A DNA stretch of 53,467 nt, from positions 62,001-115,467 of the forward strand of contig CAUYUJ010000313.1 of the NCBI GenBank assembly GCA_963575745.1, written 5' to 3'. Below the pieces are notes generated by a model that worked only from the letters and a program-made list of their open reading frames with translations, did not search any database and had not been told where the DNA came from. This DNA comes from Prorocentrum cordatum (taxonomy: Eukaryota). The translations under genes and the position numbers were made by a program. Positions 27,589 to 41,280 of this stretch are shown piece after piece. Within the stretch, counting starts at the first letter, position 1. Every line of letters begins with the position of its first letter.

Positions 27589-30500
27589 ACTACTACTACT
27601 ACTACTACTACTACTACGACGACGACGACGAGTCGCAATATTTGTAGTAGTAGTAGCAATATTAAGAGTACCAATCATAATAACAGCCGTAATAATATTT
27701 GTAGTAGTAGTAGGAAAGTAGCAGTAGTACTGGTAGTAGTGGTAGTCGTAAAAAGAAATAATACTAGTAGCAGTGGTCGTAGTACCAGGACTCGTAATAT
27801 TTCAATACGATTACCTAAAGGTTCACCCAATGTGGCTCTTACGACTACAAATACGAAGATTGTCACGACTTCGACTACTACGATTACGACTAAGATAAAT
27901 GCGAATGATAGTATTAGCAATGGTGCAAATACTGACGTTAATATTCCCACGGCCTCAGTTATGTGGCATCGGGAGGTCATGGATTGCCGCGACATGGGAG
28001 GCCACGACGAAACGACGATACATGTGGCGCAGCCCACAAGTTCTTGCTCCGCTCCTCCAAAAACAAAAGCACGACAGCATGCTCGGCGACGAAAACATGC
28101 GGGAAACTGTGAATGACGATGCCGCATGTTCTTCGTAGCCGTTGCCAACGGCACCCGGCCTGTAGAAAGCAGTCACTGGTGTTTCTGTGATATATCACGC
28201 GCGCTAGCCCCAAGCGCAAGTCGGATACACGGCTTGTAGCTGTTAAATATATACACATTAATGAACAAAAAATAAATACGGGCACACTGCGGCCCTGTGA
28301 GGTATCATCGGTTTGACGGCGCATGTTTGGTTCGCCAAACGCTTTTAGTTTTTACATAAGCGAACGACTGAATTGCGTCAACATCATCGGGGGGGCGCGA
28401 TTCACAGTCGATGGATTGAATAAATGCGCACGTTCGGGGAATCCAAACCCAGGGGATCCCCACCCCCACATGACAACAAAAAAACAAACAACAACGAAAA
28501 ACAAAGAAAACGGTGGGTCCAAGACCATGGGCCCCCCTTCCCTTAACCCCCCCCCTGCCCCACCCCTCCACCACCAAAAGGCGATCCGCCCCCCCGCCCC
28601 CGACCCCCGGAAAAAGACAAATCGGCGGGTCCAGAGACCCCCCCACGGAAAATTACTCGAAGGGTTCTCCCGCAGGCAGCGACGACGACGACGACAACGA
28701 CGACGACGGCGACGACGAACACGACGACGACGACGACGCCGCTGCCGCCGCCGCCGCCGACGTCAACGGCAGCGGCGGCACACCTGTCGCTGGCGCCCGC
28801 GCCAGTTGCGGGCCCGGATAGACTGCTACTAGGGTTCGATCCAACTGTAACAAAAAACAACAACCCTCGAAATCAAACGCAATTCTGATATGCTGGTCGA
28901 CGCGCGAAACGCGGCCCACGGGGCCAGATGTGCGCGCGCGTGTTTGCTGTCACCAATTTCGACGCGAACGCTGTTAAATTTTGGCGTCGTGTGGCGCCGA
29001 CACGTCGCGGAAAAAACTCATGCGCGGTTCCGAAGAGGATGCGCTATGCTCGAATCCAGCCCCGAGAGGAAAAGAGGAAAAAGAAAAAAAATGCAAGGCC
29101 ACCTCCTGGCGGCCGGCGGCCCCCGCGGCGCTCGCGGCGCCGGCGACGGCGGCGGCGCGGGCCGAGCCGGCCGCGCCTGCGGCCGCGGCGCCAGCGCGGC
29201 CCGACCAGACATCAGGACGCAGGAAACGTAGCAGTGGAATCAACAAGATAGCAGCCGTGACTGAAGCGCCGACCCCGCGCCGACGCCTCAACGTCGGCTG
29301 CCTCGCACGCGGAACCGCGGGACAGGGAAGGGGAGTTCTCGACGCGGCCTTGAACCAGTCGCCACGGACACACACGCACATCTCCCCCGTCTAAGTCGGC
29401 GGCGCAAATGACCTTCAGGCGCGGACGGCAGATGGGGGCGCCAATTGCGGTCGAGCGATGTCGAAGGCACGGCGCGCAGCCCGCGCACGCTGCCGAATGC
29501 AGCGGTGGGCGGCGCGAAGACAACTGCAAATCCAAGCGAAACACGCAGCGGCCAGAGAACCGATAGGAAAACTCGACTCGAGGTAAACTGAAGCGCAAGC
29601 AGTCTGGCGCGAATCGGCGACCACTCAATGACCACTATAATGAAGCGCGCGAACTAGGAATCATCTGCTGCCAGACCAGCCAAAGCGAGCGCAAGAAAGA
29701 CTCGCCACGACAGCCCGCGCAAGCTGGCGCGCGGCAGCCCAGAGTCACGCCACTGAAACACAGACGGTGGAACAAGGAGCCACAAATACACTGCCGAGTA
29801 GATTGGCGGCGCCCGGAGCCATGCAACCGAATGGGCACGGCGTGGACCGACGATCCCAGAAGGCCCGCTACGCGGCGAAAACCGGCAACGTCGCGACCAT
29901 GACATCCACAGAAAATCATGGAAGCTGAGCCGCGGACGCGCCCAATGCAGGGAGCACCGCAGATAACGCGCGGGGGGCGAGCGCTGCATGCCCAGCCTGT
30001 CAATATCACATCCACTGTCGCATCACAAAACTGCAAGGACGAAAAGGGATCAAAAGCACAGCTGCACAACAGCCGAGCGCGGCGAGCAAGCGCCCAGCCA
30101 GCCCCGCCGCCGCCACCATGCTAGGCAAGTCGGAAAAGGCGCGGCAGGTCGCGCGGTCGCGCCACCACGACGAGATCACGGGCGAGCGAGTGATCCACCC
30201 ACGGCATGCACACAGCGACTACCCGCTAGGATAGCCCGGCAGCCCGACCAGCCACCGGGACGACGCGCCCGCGGCATCACGGCGACGCGCGCCCAACGGC
30301 GAGCCATGGAAAGAGCTAGCCAACCAAACGCTAGCAAGGTCTGCTGCGCGAGCACCACCCGCAGCCCTCCACGTAGAGAGCACGCGAGAGACGAGGCACC
30401 CCCGCGCCCAGGCCCCCCGCGCCGCGGCCAGCCAAAGGGCCCCACAAAGAAGCCGCGGCCCCCTGCGGCGGGGGGGCGAGGCGGCCCCTCTGCCGACGCC

Positions 30501-31899
30501 GACTCTCGGCGGCCTCGCGGCTCGGCGGGGGGGGGGTCACGGGACGGGGGCGGCGCTGGAAGCACAGCGCGAGTAGCGCGACGAGGCCGGAGGCGATCGC
30601 GGCGCAGAAGGAACTGGACGCGCCAGACGGCCGCGGGGGCACCTGCGGACCGTTCTGGACGAGACGCCATGAAAAAAAAACACCATCGGCTGCTAAACCG
30701 GGCGAGTGGTGGATGAGACTGGAGAGAGACGGCTAAGCGGGGCAGCAAGAGGAGACGCGCGGCCGCGCCCACAGCACGGCAAGGAAAGGACAGACAGCCG
30801 GCAGCGCTGAGACTCCGGCGGCCGAGGCAACACAGCTGGCAAAATACCAGCGGGGCCGAACCAGCGGCTGGAAGCCGCCGAAGGCGGCGCAACCAGAAGA
30901 GATTTCGTCGCGCCAGGGACGCGCGGAACAAGAAACGCATCACGCGGGCTGGGCGCGAAAACGAACGCAGCGCCAAAGGCGGCAAAGCCGCGTGGGCGGC
31001 GTAGACTGGGCATCGCCAATAGAACTGCCAGGCAAGAGACTCCGCGACACGGAGACCACGCAGAAGCGCCTGCAATCAAAGGCCAGGGAGGGGAGCGGGA
31101 GAAACAGGCGCACCAGCACAATGCGGCGCACGCCTCGCACGGCCGGCCCCTCGGACGAACGCGATCAGGTCGAGCATCAGAACACGACCTTCACCAGCGC
31201 AGGCGGGCTGGGCCGAAGCCCCCCGAGGGGCCCGCGCACCCGACCGCAGCACAGCGTCGCCCCCACGCCCCCCATCAGCCTCGCCCCCCCGCACAGGAGA
31301 GATGTCGAGCGGCCCGACGACGGGCGGGCGTCTCGGATGGAAGCGCAGCGGCGCCACGGCAGATGCCGCGCCCCCCTTCTCTCGCACTACGCACGACACA
31401 AAGCGGGGCGCGCTGCCCAGGCACCCGTTCCCCCTGAAGCGCCCTCCAGAATTCCGAAGGTTGCTCGGAGCTGTCGAGGAGCAAACCGCCTGCCCGCCCG
31501 CCCGAACAGCCCCTCAACGTTTCGGTGCAGGAGAGCACGCACGGTCGCATCAGCGAGCGACAGCGAATGGCCTCCTCAGAGGCTTCAAAAATTAGAAAGG
31601 CCATGGATAGGCACCGAGTGGCAAGCAAGGGCCCGGAACGCCTTGAATTCGAAAATGAAATTGATTGCGGCGGCGCTGGCTGGACTGGCCCCGATGGGCG
31701 CCGCCTGGGGTTCTGTCCCGGCCGAGCTGACCCCTTCGTCGCCAAGGAGCAGCCACCTGCACCATACCCGCGAAGTCATTCATACTCGGCGCATTCTGCC
31801 TACCAGGCAGCCAGAATGAACGCGCGTAGCCACTCTGTGCTGAGCAGAGATGGATCCTTGACCGCCGAAGCGCACCTGCTCGATTGGTGATGCGTGTTC

Positions 31900-33596
31900 A
31901 GTCCATCCATCCAACGAAGATTCCCAATCTGGCGAGCCTCGACATTGGTTTGCGCTGCGTTGGAGGCCGTCGACGAAAGCCGCGGGCCTCGGTTGCTCAT
32001 TCTCATCGAGCTGCGAGGCATCCCACCCACATGGCTCCGTTCGCCGGGGCCTATGTCGCGGCCGTTCGTCGCTGCGCTCGACGGATGGACGGTCTCGCCG
32101 TTGGTATGCCCCAGGTGCAACGCGCCATGCCCCCACTCCCTCTGAACGGCATTCTGGCGCACTCCAATGGCCCTGACGCAGCCCCATGCTTCCTGGCCGG
32201 CACCGGGCCCCTGATCGCGGCGGGTTGCCTCCTGCTCGCACGGTGCCCACGCGCCCCCTGGAGGTGGCAGTTTGGTCTTGGGAGCGTCGATGCAACGAGT
32301 CAGCGGAACGGCGCACTCGGGACGCCGATCGGGAGTCAGCACTGCAGAGCTGCGGTGGCGCATAGCGAAACAGCACCACAACCCCTGGCCTCCGCGCGTC
32401 TTCAATTCGGCGAGAGGATGCCATCAGCTGCTTCTCCTGTCTCCGTGGGCCCACGCCCCTGAATGCGACGACCCCCATCGCAACGGTGAGTCCTCCGACG
32501 CGCCGCGGTGGGCAGGGAGCTCTCCCTCGTGATGCTGCACGCCACGGCCTCTGCCAGGGCTCTATGTACCCCGCAGAAACGACGCGCCCCTTGATCTCCA
32601 CCTGGGGCCCATTTGCATCGGTAAAGCGATTCGGTGACGTTCAATTTCCACTAATACGCCCAGTTGCCAATGTCATTAGCTCGTTTGATGTCGCGTCCGT
32701 CGCGAGCATGATCGCGCGCCGCCGCCTGCACGCGGGGGTTGGCCTGTGGCCCCATCTGCCGAAATCGGCCCAACAGGCCACGCCGCTCCTTCTCAGGCAC
32801 TCCGCCGGAGCATCGATCCTCATATCGCCCCGAGCCCCCACCCAGACCAAGATGAGCGGCAATAGGAAAGCAAAGGGGAAGGCCCAAGGTGCCCTCCGCC
32901 TCCGCCACGGCGAACTCCCGATGCGCCACCGGCAACTCCAGCAGCACATCGTCGCGCCCGCACGCGGTCAAGAAACTGCCCAACATCATCACGTCGTGCT
33001 GGCATGGGTCACTGCCTCCATCCAATCATTGGCTGTCCTCGGTGCGCTGCAGCCATGTCATATAGCTCACTCCGCTCACGCACTGAGCAAGTGTGCATTA
33101 CATGGGGTCGAAGCGTGGTCCGTTTGGTCGTCCGTCCATAGGCATCTGCTCGGATCCGAACGCGCGGTGGACCCAGGAGATCAGAGTCCGGCGCGTGGAG
33201 CCATGGGTCAGAGAAACGCCGCTCGGGCGCACGGCTTCGCCAACAGCGACGCTTCCAGGACTTGGCATGGGTGGTATGTGTCCATAACAGTATGCGATAA
33301 TCCGTGATCGGGCCCGACTTGGCCATCTGCCCCCATGGCATGGACACAAGATGTCCTGGGACGGTCTCCACTAAGCCGCGGCGGACCTCCACAACATACT
33401 GATGGGCCTCTGCACTCCTGCCTCGCGCGCCGCGGTAACCAAGAAACAGATTCTGATATACAACGAAGCCTTTTCTTGCCACTTGTTCACAAATCCTGCC
33501 GCGTCGCAACCCATCCAGGGCATTGTCGAGTGCGACTTGGGCGAGGCTCAGGGCCTCAAGCTCATCCTCTGACCAGAAACTCTCATGCTGGGAGCC
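31900..33596 (-). pseudogene. Heavily decayed coding relic, possibly the RT region of a DIRS/YR-like retroelement
   Basis: Fragments MPSPGSVAV, PRFDP, NDIGNWAY, LTVAMG and AAFVDG fall in an order reminiscent of RT motifs; many stops and frameshifts. Confidence 0.25.
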
Positions 33597-34977
33597 GACT
33601 TCAGAAAGGGCGCGTTCTGTGGTCGCTTGGAAGGGGGGGGGGAACTGGACCCCCCCCCCTCCCCCCTGCTTCCCCTCTCCTCGGGCCGGCGCTTGCGTCG
33701 GCGGCAGCTGGCGACGGTGGCGGGGACGACGATTTCCATTTCTGGGCCGGCGCCGGCCGGCACCTGCGGCGGCGGGCGGCGGCGGCGGTGAGCGTCGACG
33801 AGGACGACGGTGGTGGTGGTGGTGGTGGTGGGTGGCGGTGGTGGTGGTGGTGGTTGTGGTGGCGGTGGTGGTTGTGGTGGTGGTAGCGTGGTGGTTTGTT
33901 AGTGTGGTGGTGGTGGTGGCGGTGGGTGGTGGTGGTGGTTTAGTGGTGGTGGTGGGGGTGGTTTGTGGTGGTGGGTTGTGGTGGTGGTGGTGCTGGTTTG
34001 GTGGTGTAGTGGTGGTTTGTGGTGGTGCTGGTGGTAGGTTGCGGTTGTGGCGGTGTTTTGTGGATGTGGTGCTGGTGGTGGCGGTGGCGGTGGTGCTGGT
34101 GATGTGGTGGTTTGTGGTGGTGTTGGGTTGTGCTGCTGGTAGTGGTGGTTGTGGCGGTGGTGGTGGTGTGGTAGATTGTGGTGGTGGTGGTAGTGGTGGT
34201 GCGTTTTTGTGGTGGTGGTGATGGTGAGTTGTGGTGGTAGTGGTGGTTGTGGTGGTGTGGTGGTGGTGTGGTGGTGGTTTGTGGTGGTGGTTTGTGGTGG
34301 TGGTGGTGGTGGTGGGTTGTGCTGGTGGCGGTGGTCTGTGGACGTTTGTTGTGGTGGTGGTGGTGGCGGTGGTGGTGGTGTGGTGGCTTGTGGTGGTGGC
34401 GGTGGGTCGTGCTGCTGGTAGTGGTTGTGGCGGTGGTGGTGGTGTGGTAGATTGTGGTGGTGGTGGTAGTGGTGGTGGGTTCTTGTGGTGGTGGTGGTGA
34501 TGGTGTGGTGGTGGTGGTGGTAGTGGCGGTGGTGGTGGTGGTGGGTTGAGGCGGTGGTGGTGGTGGTAGTGGTGGTGGTGGTGGTGGTAGTGGTGGTAAT
34601 CGTCCGCTGCGTCCCCGCCGTCGCCGGCGCCAGCGCCGGCGCTGCTCGCCGCCGCCAGTGCCAGCGCCGCGCGAGGGGGGGGGGGGGGCTTGACCCCCCC
34701 CTTGAGCTGCCTGTGGTCATCGTCGCTGCGTCCCCGCCGTGGGCGCTGCTGGCGGCCGCCAGCGCGGGCGCCGAGGGGGAGGGGGTTTGAACCCCCCTCC
34801 CCCTGGGAGGGGAGGGGGGGGTTCGGGAGGGGGGGGTCTGGGGGGGAGGGGAATCCCCGTGGTTTTGATCGACGGCGCCAAGTGTTGGAATGTTGGGGGG
34901 GGCGCACCCCCCAGTTTGAAACGCGCCGCCGAATGTTTCCAAGGCAAGCGCCCGTGAAACGCTTTCTCTCCGAGGTC
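33597..34977. mobile_element. Putative non-autonomous TIR element carrying a (GGT)n tract
   Basis: 33597-33629 and the reverse complement of 34945-34977 match at 22/33 ungapped positions, mostly transitions. A related terminus lies at ~25325-25357. No TSD seen. Confidence 0.5.
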
Positions 34978-35549
34978 AATATGCCAGTCGCCTCCGTCGG
35001 GCAGGTGGACGCTGCAATTGGGGTCGTCAGCATGCCTTTCCACAAGAACGAACTGTAGTCCTGTAACAATGTCCTAGATCCTGATATTGTCGTTGGATAT
35101 ATGCCCAGTCAGCCGCTCACGACTCTGGGACACCCAGTCGCGGACATCCTCGTGTAAGGGTTCATCACGAAGAAGGAGGGCGATTGGTAGCGTCCATCTA
35201 TCGTTACCATCCTCGTGTTGACTTCGATTCCAGGACAAGGACTACCTCATCAAGCGCAGCCTTAATAACACGTAAGGTGTAGTGCTGCTCTGCCTGGGAA
35301 TGTTCTTGCCGGTAATTGTCGGTCGTGTCCAATACAATCTCCTCTAATCTGGACACGTCGTCGGGCCAATAAGAGATGGTGGATGGCATGGCTTCGGCGT
35401 CGAATGACCCGCGCGGCACCCCCCATGCTACAGCGGTTCCAGACAAATGATGCCGTCCGTTGATCTGCCAAGATGTAATATGTGGACGGCGTCCGATGGG
35501 AGCCTTCTTATGCTGCAGAGTGCGGCGAGCGCCTCGTCGGGAAGCACGT

Positions 35550-35584
35550 ACACACACACACACACACACTCACACACACACACT

Positions 35585-35619
<35 letters not shown>

Positions 35620-35630
35620 TCATACACACT
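35550..35630 (+). repeat. (CA)n microsatellite
   Basis: Read directly. Confidence 0.95.
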
Positions 35631-36444
35631 TTGTCGGTCGCGGCCTCGCGCACAGCGTCGAGGCGGAGCGAATCAAATCAGGCAAACGGAACCCGCGCGC
35701 GCCAGCCTGAGAAGAAGCCGGACCATCTGCCATCCGGGCGTGGATGGCAGGAAAACGGGGAGGGCGAGCCGACCGCAGGCCGGGGAGGAGCCCAGGCGGC
35801 GAGGGCCAACGCGACCTCAAGGACGACGAGTGCGCGACGCGCGGGTAACAGTCGAAGAAAGGGAGGACGCCGAGGCGTGCCCACCACCTGGGAGACAGGG
35901 GGAGGCGCGAAGAGCTGAGACAGGCGAAGTGCCGACGGACCTAGAGCCCTAGAGCGACTAGCGAGGCTTCCACGCCTTCTGACTGAGGTCACGACAGGGT
36001 GGCCGCTTCGTGCTGAGCGGACCCTTGGCCGAGCCCGACGCCGCGTTCGCGTGCCCACCAGAAGTGGCCCCCTGGATGATGTGCGGGGGGGAGCGACGTG
36101 ATGAACTGCGAGAGGAGGGCGGCTGATTACGAATGCGCGTTAAGATTGACATCCCCTGCCGCATCGTCCGAGCACATCACTACCAACTCGCACCAGGCCC
36201 GAGTGGTGTGGGCGGACACGGGGCAGTTGTCGTAGAGGTCGGCGACTTTCTGAGCGAGGCCAGCGTGCAGCGCGGAGTCGGCGAGTGTTGATGAGGCCTC
36301 GGGTGGCCCTGAGAGGCCCCACTACCGCTGGACGCGTCCGCGGACCAGTCACGGGTCTTGGCCTTTGGCGGCGCTGGAGGAGGCATCCCACCAATGGGGT
36401 GACGCGGCCTGGAAGAGTCAGCCGCCGCTGGTGTTTCGCCCGCG

Positions 36445-36506
36445 CACGCACACACACGCACACGCACACGCACACGCACACGCACACGCACACGCACACG
36501 CACACG

Positions 36507-36538
<32 letters not shown>

Positions 36539-36552
36539 CGCACACACACACA

Positions 36553-36582
<30 letters not shown>
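36445..36582 (+). repeat. (CACACG)n/(CA)n microsatellite
   Basis: Read directly. Confidence 0.95.
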
Positions 36583-36583
<1 letters not shown>

Positions 36584-37274
36584 TTGTTGCGTCGGCGGCT
36601 AGGCAAAGGGACTGGCGGATAGGCATCGCTATGGCATACGAACGCGAATTAAGTCGCGATGGGGGAGAGGAGGAGGCGCCCGGCGGTGGCGGGAGGGAGA
36701 CGGAAGCCCGGGCCACACACACACACACACACTCACACACATCTTCAGGAGGCCTCGAGCTTTTGCGTCGTGCGTGAGTGCGTGGCGAGGAAGGTGCGAG
36801 TGGGGCCCCCCTCCCAGTGGGCTCCCCATTTCATGTTTGCAATCCGAGGCGGTCATCGGCATACCGTAGCAGGCACAACAAATAAGCATCCAAAGGGGGC
36901 AACTCGTGAGGATGGTTCGAACGGGAACCTCGCCTTTGAGTGAATCGCGACAAAACCTCGAGCGGGCTCACTTTCTACGGGGCCCCCACTTCATGCTAGT
37001 AGTCCGAGGCGGCCATCCAAAATCCTCTGACTGCCGTCCCCTTTGGTATCCGGAAGCTTGAACCGCGAGGATGCTGCGAGTGGGAGCCTCGTGTGCGAGC
37101 GAACAGCGACGAGGACTCGAACGAGAGCCCCCTCCCTAATTATGGGGCACCGCCTTTATGCCACTAGTACGAGAAGCGAGAGACGAGGAAAGAGAGGAAG
37201 CAAGAGGGAGAAAAGTGGCAAGCAGAACGAGGAAGAAGAGAAAAGAGACGCTCTAGAGGAGCGATCAACATTAT

Positions 37275-37307
37275 GACCATAGTCAGCAGCGTAGACATCA
37301 GCATCAG

Positions 37308-37384
<77 letters not shown>

Positions 37385-37634
37385 CGATCACCATCATCAC
37401 CATCATCATAATCAGCATCATCGTCATCATCATCAGCATCATCGTCATCATAGTCGTCATCATCAGCATCATCATCATCATCAGCATCAGCATCATCAGC
37501 ATCATCAGCAACATCATTATCATCCGCATCAGCATCTGTGTCAGTATCATCATTGTCAGCAGCAGCATCATCATCCTCATCAGTAGCAGCAGCAGCATCA
37601 TCATCAACATTGCCATTATCTTCATCAACTAGAG

Positions 37635-37681
<47 letters not shown>

Positions 37682-37886
37682 GGATCATCATCAGCATCAT
37701 CTTTGTCGTCGTCGTAATCGCCGCAATTGTCGTTAGCATTGTCGTCGTCGCAACCGCCGCAATCGTCATAGTCAGCAGCAGCAACACCATCGTTCTCAGC
37801 ATCGACATCAACAAGAACAGCAGGATCATCATCACCATCATCAGCATCATCATCATCAGCGGCATCAGCATCAGCATCAGCATCAG

Positions 37887-37921
<35 letters not shown>

Positions 37922-38067
37922 CCAGCATCATCATCAGCAGGAGAATCATCATCAGCAGCGTGATCATCATCATCGTCATCAGCAGCAGCATCATCGTCAT
38001 CATCATCAGCATCATGAGCATCATCGCTCAGCATCATCATCATCATCAACAACATCATCAGTATCAG

Positions 38068-38126
<59 letters not shown>

Positions 38127-38219
38127 CCGCCAACTTAGTCATCAGGATCAGCATCAGGACATCAGCATCGTCAGTAGCATCACTAGCACCATCGTCAGCA
38201 CCATCATCATCATCATCAG

Positions 38220-38269
<50 letters not shown>

Positions 38270-39933
38270 GTGTCAGTATCATCATCGTCAGCAGCAGCAT
38301 CATCATTAGCCTCATCAGTAGCAGCAGCAGCAGCAGCAGAAGCATCATCATCAACATTGCCATTCTCTTCATCAACTACAGCATCAGCATCAGCATCAGC
38401 ATCATCAGCATCAGCATCTTCATCATCAGAGTGTCGTTAGCATTGTCGTCGTCGTCGCAACCGCCGCAATCGTCATAGTCAGCAGCAGCAACACCATCGT
38501 TCTCAGCATCGACATCAACAAGAACAGCAGGAGCATCATCATCATCATCATCATCCTCAGCATCATCATCATCAGCGGCATCATCAGCATCAGCATCCGC
38601 ATCATCGTCATCACCAGCATCATCATCATCAGCAGGAGCATCATAATCAGCATCGTGATCATCATCATCATCAGCAGCAGCAGCATCAACGTCATCATCA
38701 TCAGCATCAGCATCATGATCATCATCAACAACAACATCATCAGTATCAGCATCATCAGTATCGCCAACATAGTCATCAGAATCAGCATCAGGGCATCATC
38801 ATCGTCAGCAGCATCACTAGCACCATCATCAGCACCATCATCAGCATCAGTGTCATAATGATCATCGTCAACATCATCCTCACCACAAGCAGAGGTATCA
38901 TCATCAGCATCATCATCGTCGCCCTTCTCATCCACATGATCACCATCATCATCATCAGCCTCATCATCATCATCATCAGCAGCATCATCATCATCATCGT
39001 CATCATCATCGTCATGATCAGCATCATCAGCAGTATCATCATCAGCATCAGCATCAGCATCATCATCAGCAGCATCATCATCCGCATCATGATCGCCGTG
39101 GTTGTGGTCGACGTCGTAATCATTATCAACATCATTACTATCACCATCACCAGCACAATCATCATCATCGCCCTCACCACCACCATCACCACCATGATCA
39201 TGATCACCATCATCATCAGAACCACCATCATCATCATCATCATGAGCAGCATCAGCAGCATCAGCATCAGCATCAGCATCAGCATCATCATCAGCATCAG
39301 CGTCAGCAGCATCAGAATCAGCAGCATCAGCAGCAGCAGCCGAAGCGGCCCCTCGTCCACCGAAAGAGGGCGCCGAGAGCCGCCGAGGGCAGCTGAACGC
39401 CGCCGAAGGCCGCCGACGGCCGCTGCCGAGGGCCGCCGAAGGCTGGTGGGTCCACGCCTGAAAGTGTCCACGCACTGTGCGAGGTCGGCGGGGCCCAGGA
39501 CGTCCTCCTCTGGCCTCCTGCTGGGCCAACCGTGGCACCGTGGTCTCCCCCTCCTCCTCCTCCTCCCCCTCCTCCTCCTCCTCCTCCTCCACCTCCTCCT
39601 CCTCCTCCTCCTCCTCCTCTTCTTCTTCTTTTCTTCTTCTTCTTCTTCTGCTGCTTCCTCCTTCCTCCTCCTCCTCATCCGCCTCCTCCTCCTCCGCCTC
39701 CTCCTCTCCTCCTCCTCCTCCCCTCCTGATCCTCCTCCTCCTCCTTCCTCCTCCTCCTTCCTCCTCCCCTCCTCCTCCTCCTCCTCCTCCTCCTCCTCCT
39801 CCTCCTCTCCTCCTCCTCCTCCTCCTCCTCCTCCTCCTCCTCCTCCTCCTCCTCCTCCTCCTCATCCTTCTCCTCATCATCATCATCATCATCATCACCA
39901 CACCACCACCACCACCATCGCCATCACCATCAC

Positions 39934-39992
<59 letters not shown>

Positions 39993-39993
39993 G

Positions 39994-40039
<46 letters not shown>

Positions 40040-40313
40040 GGACTCAGCATCAGCATCATCATCAGCATCAGCATCAGCATCGGCATCAGCATCAGCATCA
40101 GCATCAGCATCATCAGCATCAGCATCAGCATCACCATCACCAGCACAATCATCATCATCAGCATCATCATCATCAGCAGCAGCATCAGCATCAGCATCAT
40201 CATCAGCATCATCATCATCATCAGCGTCAGCATCAGCATCAGCATCATCATCATCATCAGCATCATCAGCATCATCCTCAGCAGCTCAGCGGTAACCCCC
40301 CAGGGGGAGCGGG

Positions 40314-40353
<40 letters not shown>

Positions 40354-40415
40354 GCATCATCATCATCATCAGCATCAGCATCAGCATCAGCATCATCATC
40401 ATCATCATCATCATC
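37275..40415 (+). repeat. Degenerate (CAT)n/(CAG)n and (CCT)n field with an internal ~700-bp duplication
   Basis: Read directly. Block gttagcattgtcgtcgtcgcaaccgccgcaatcgtcatagtcagcagcagcaacaccatcgttctcagcatcgacatcaacaagaacagcagga occurs at ~37732 and ~38436. Confidence 0.92.
39458..39517 (-). CDS. Candidate isolated host exon (RPEEDVLGPADLAQCVDTFR)
   Basis: cag|G acceptor, CAG|GC donor, strongly GC3-biased codons; unique island inside microsatellites. Confidence 0.45.
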
Positions 40416-40820
40416 CTTGTCCACTGTCTCTTCCCCCTTCCTACTCATCGCTCTCCTCATTATTCTCCTCCTTTGTTTCCTCCACCATCCTCTCCCTCTT
40501 GGGGTATCGGACGGTTTTCCCCGGCCTGTGTTAATCTGCATGCTCCCCCATTTCCCTGATCACTTCAACTCCCCTGGGCATCGTTTCTGGATGGGATGGC
40601 GTTGGGTTGTTGTTGGGGCCTGTTTCTGGAGCCAATGCATGGCGACCGACACCCCTGTCCGCAGATTCTGCCAATGTGCGGATCTTGTCTGGCGGACACG
40701 TTGGAGGGCCAAGCGGCTCGGAAAGTGGCGGCGCGCCGTCAGGCAAACTTGACGTAAAGAACTGGTGTTCTTGGCAAACCTGATGCAAAGACTGAGAGCA
40801 CCCCGAGGACCTTCAAGATT

Positions 40821-41280
40821 GCCTCAAGAGGGCCCCTGGAGGGCTCCAGGAGGGGAACAAATTGTAAACAACCATGAGTTTACCATTTTTGGTTGGTTTG
40901 GGCGCCCTCTTTGAGCCCTCTTTGGGCCCTCTTGGAGCCCTCGAGGACGTCCTGGGAGCACCTGGAGGACCTCCAATATTGCATCAAGAGGGCCCCTGGA
41001 GGGCCCCAAGAGGTGAATGATTTGTCAACAGACAGCTGTTTGCAGTTTTTGTCGGGTTGGGCGCCCTCTTGGAGCCCTCTTTGGGCCCTCTTGGAACCCT
41101 CGAGGACGTCCTGGGAGCACCTGGAGGACCTCCGATAATGCCTCAAGAGGGACCTGGAGGACCCGAAGAGGGGCCCAAGAGGAAACAGCACTTGTATTGT
41201 AAACAACCAGCTGTTTAAAGTGTTTGTTGGTTTGGGCGCCCTCTCGGGGCCCTATTGAGGTCCTCTTGGATCCCTCCCGG
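40821..41280 (+). repeat. ~160-bp tandem repeat, ~3 copies
   Basis: gc(c/a)tcaagaggg(c/a)cc.. begins at 40821, 40981 and ~41140; shared ttgggcgccctct..cctcgaggacgtcctgggagcacctggaggacctcc. Confidence 0.9.

Noticed and set aside
28880..31880. Many overlapping Arg/Ala/Pro-rich ORFs
   Set aside because: Expected by chance in very GC-rich DNA; no motifs or codon bias recognised.
33009..35069. 686-aa Pro/His/Thr-rich ORF
   Set aside because: Mostly (CCA)n microsatellite inside a putative inserted element; a chimeric read-through.
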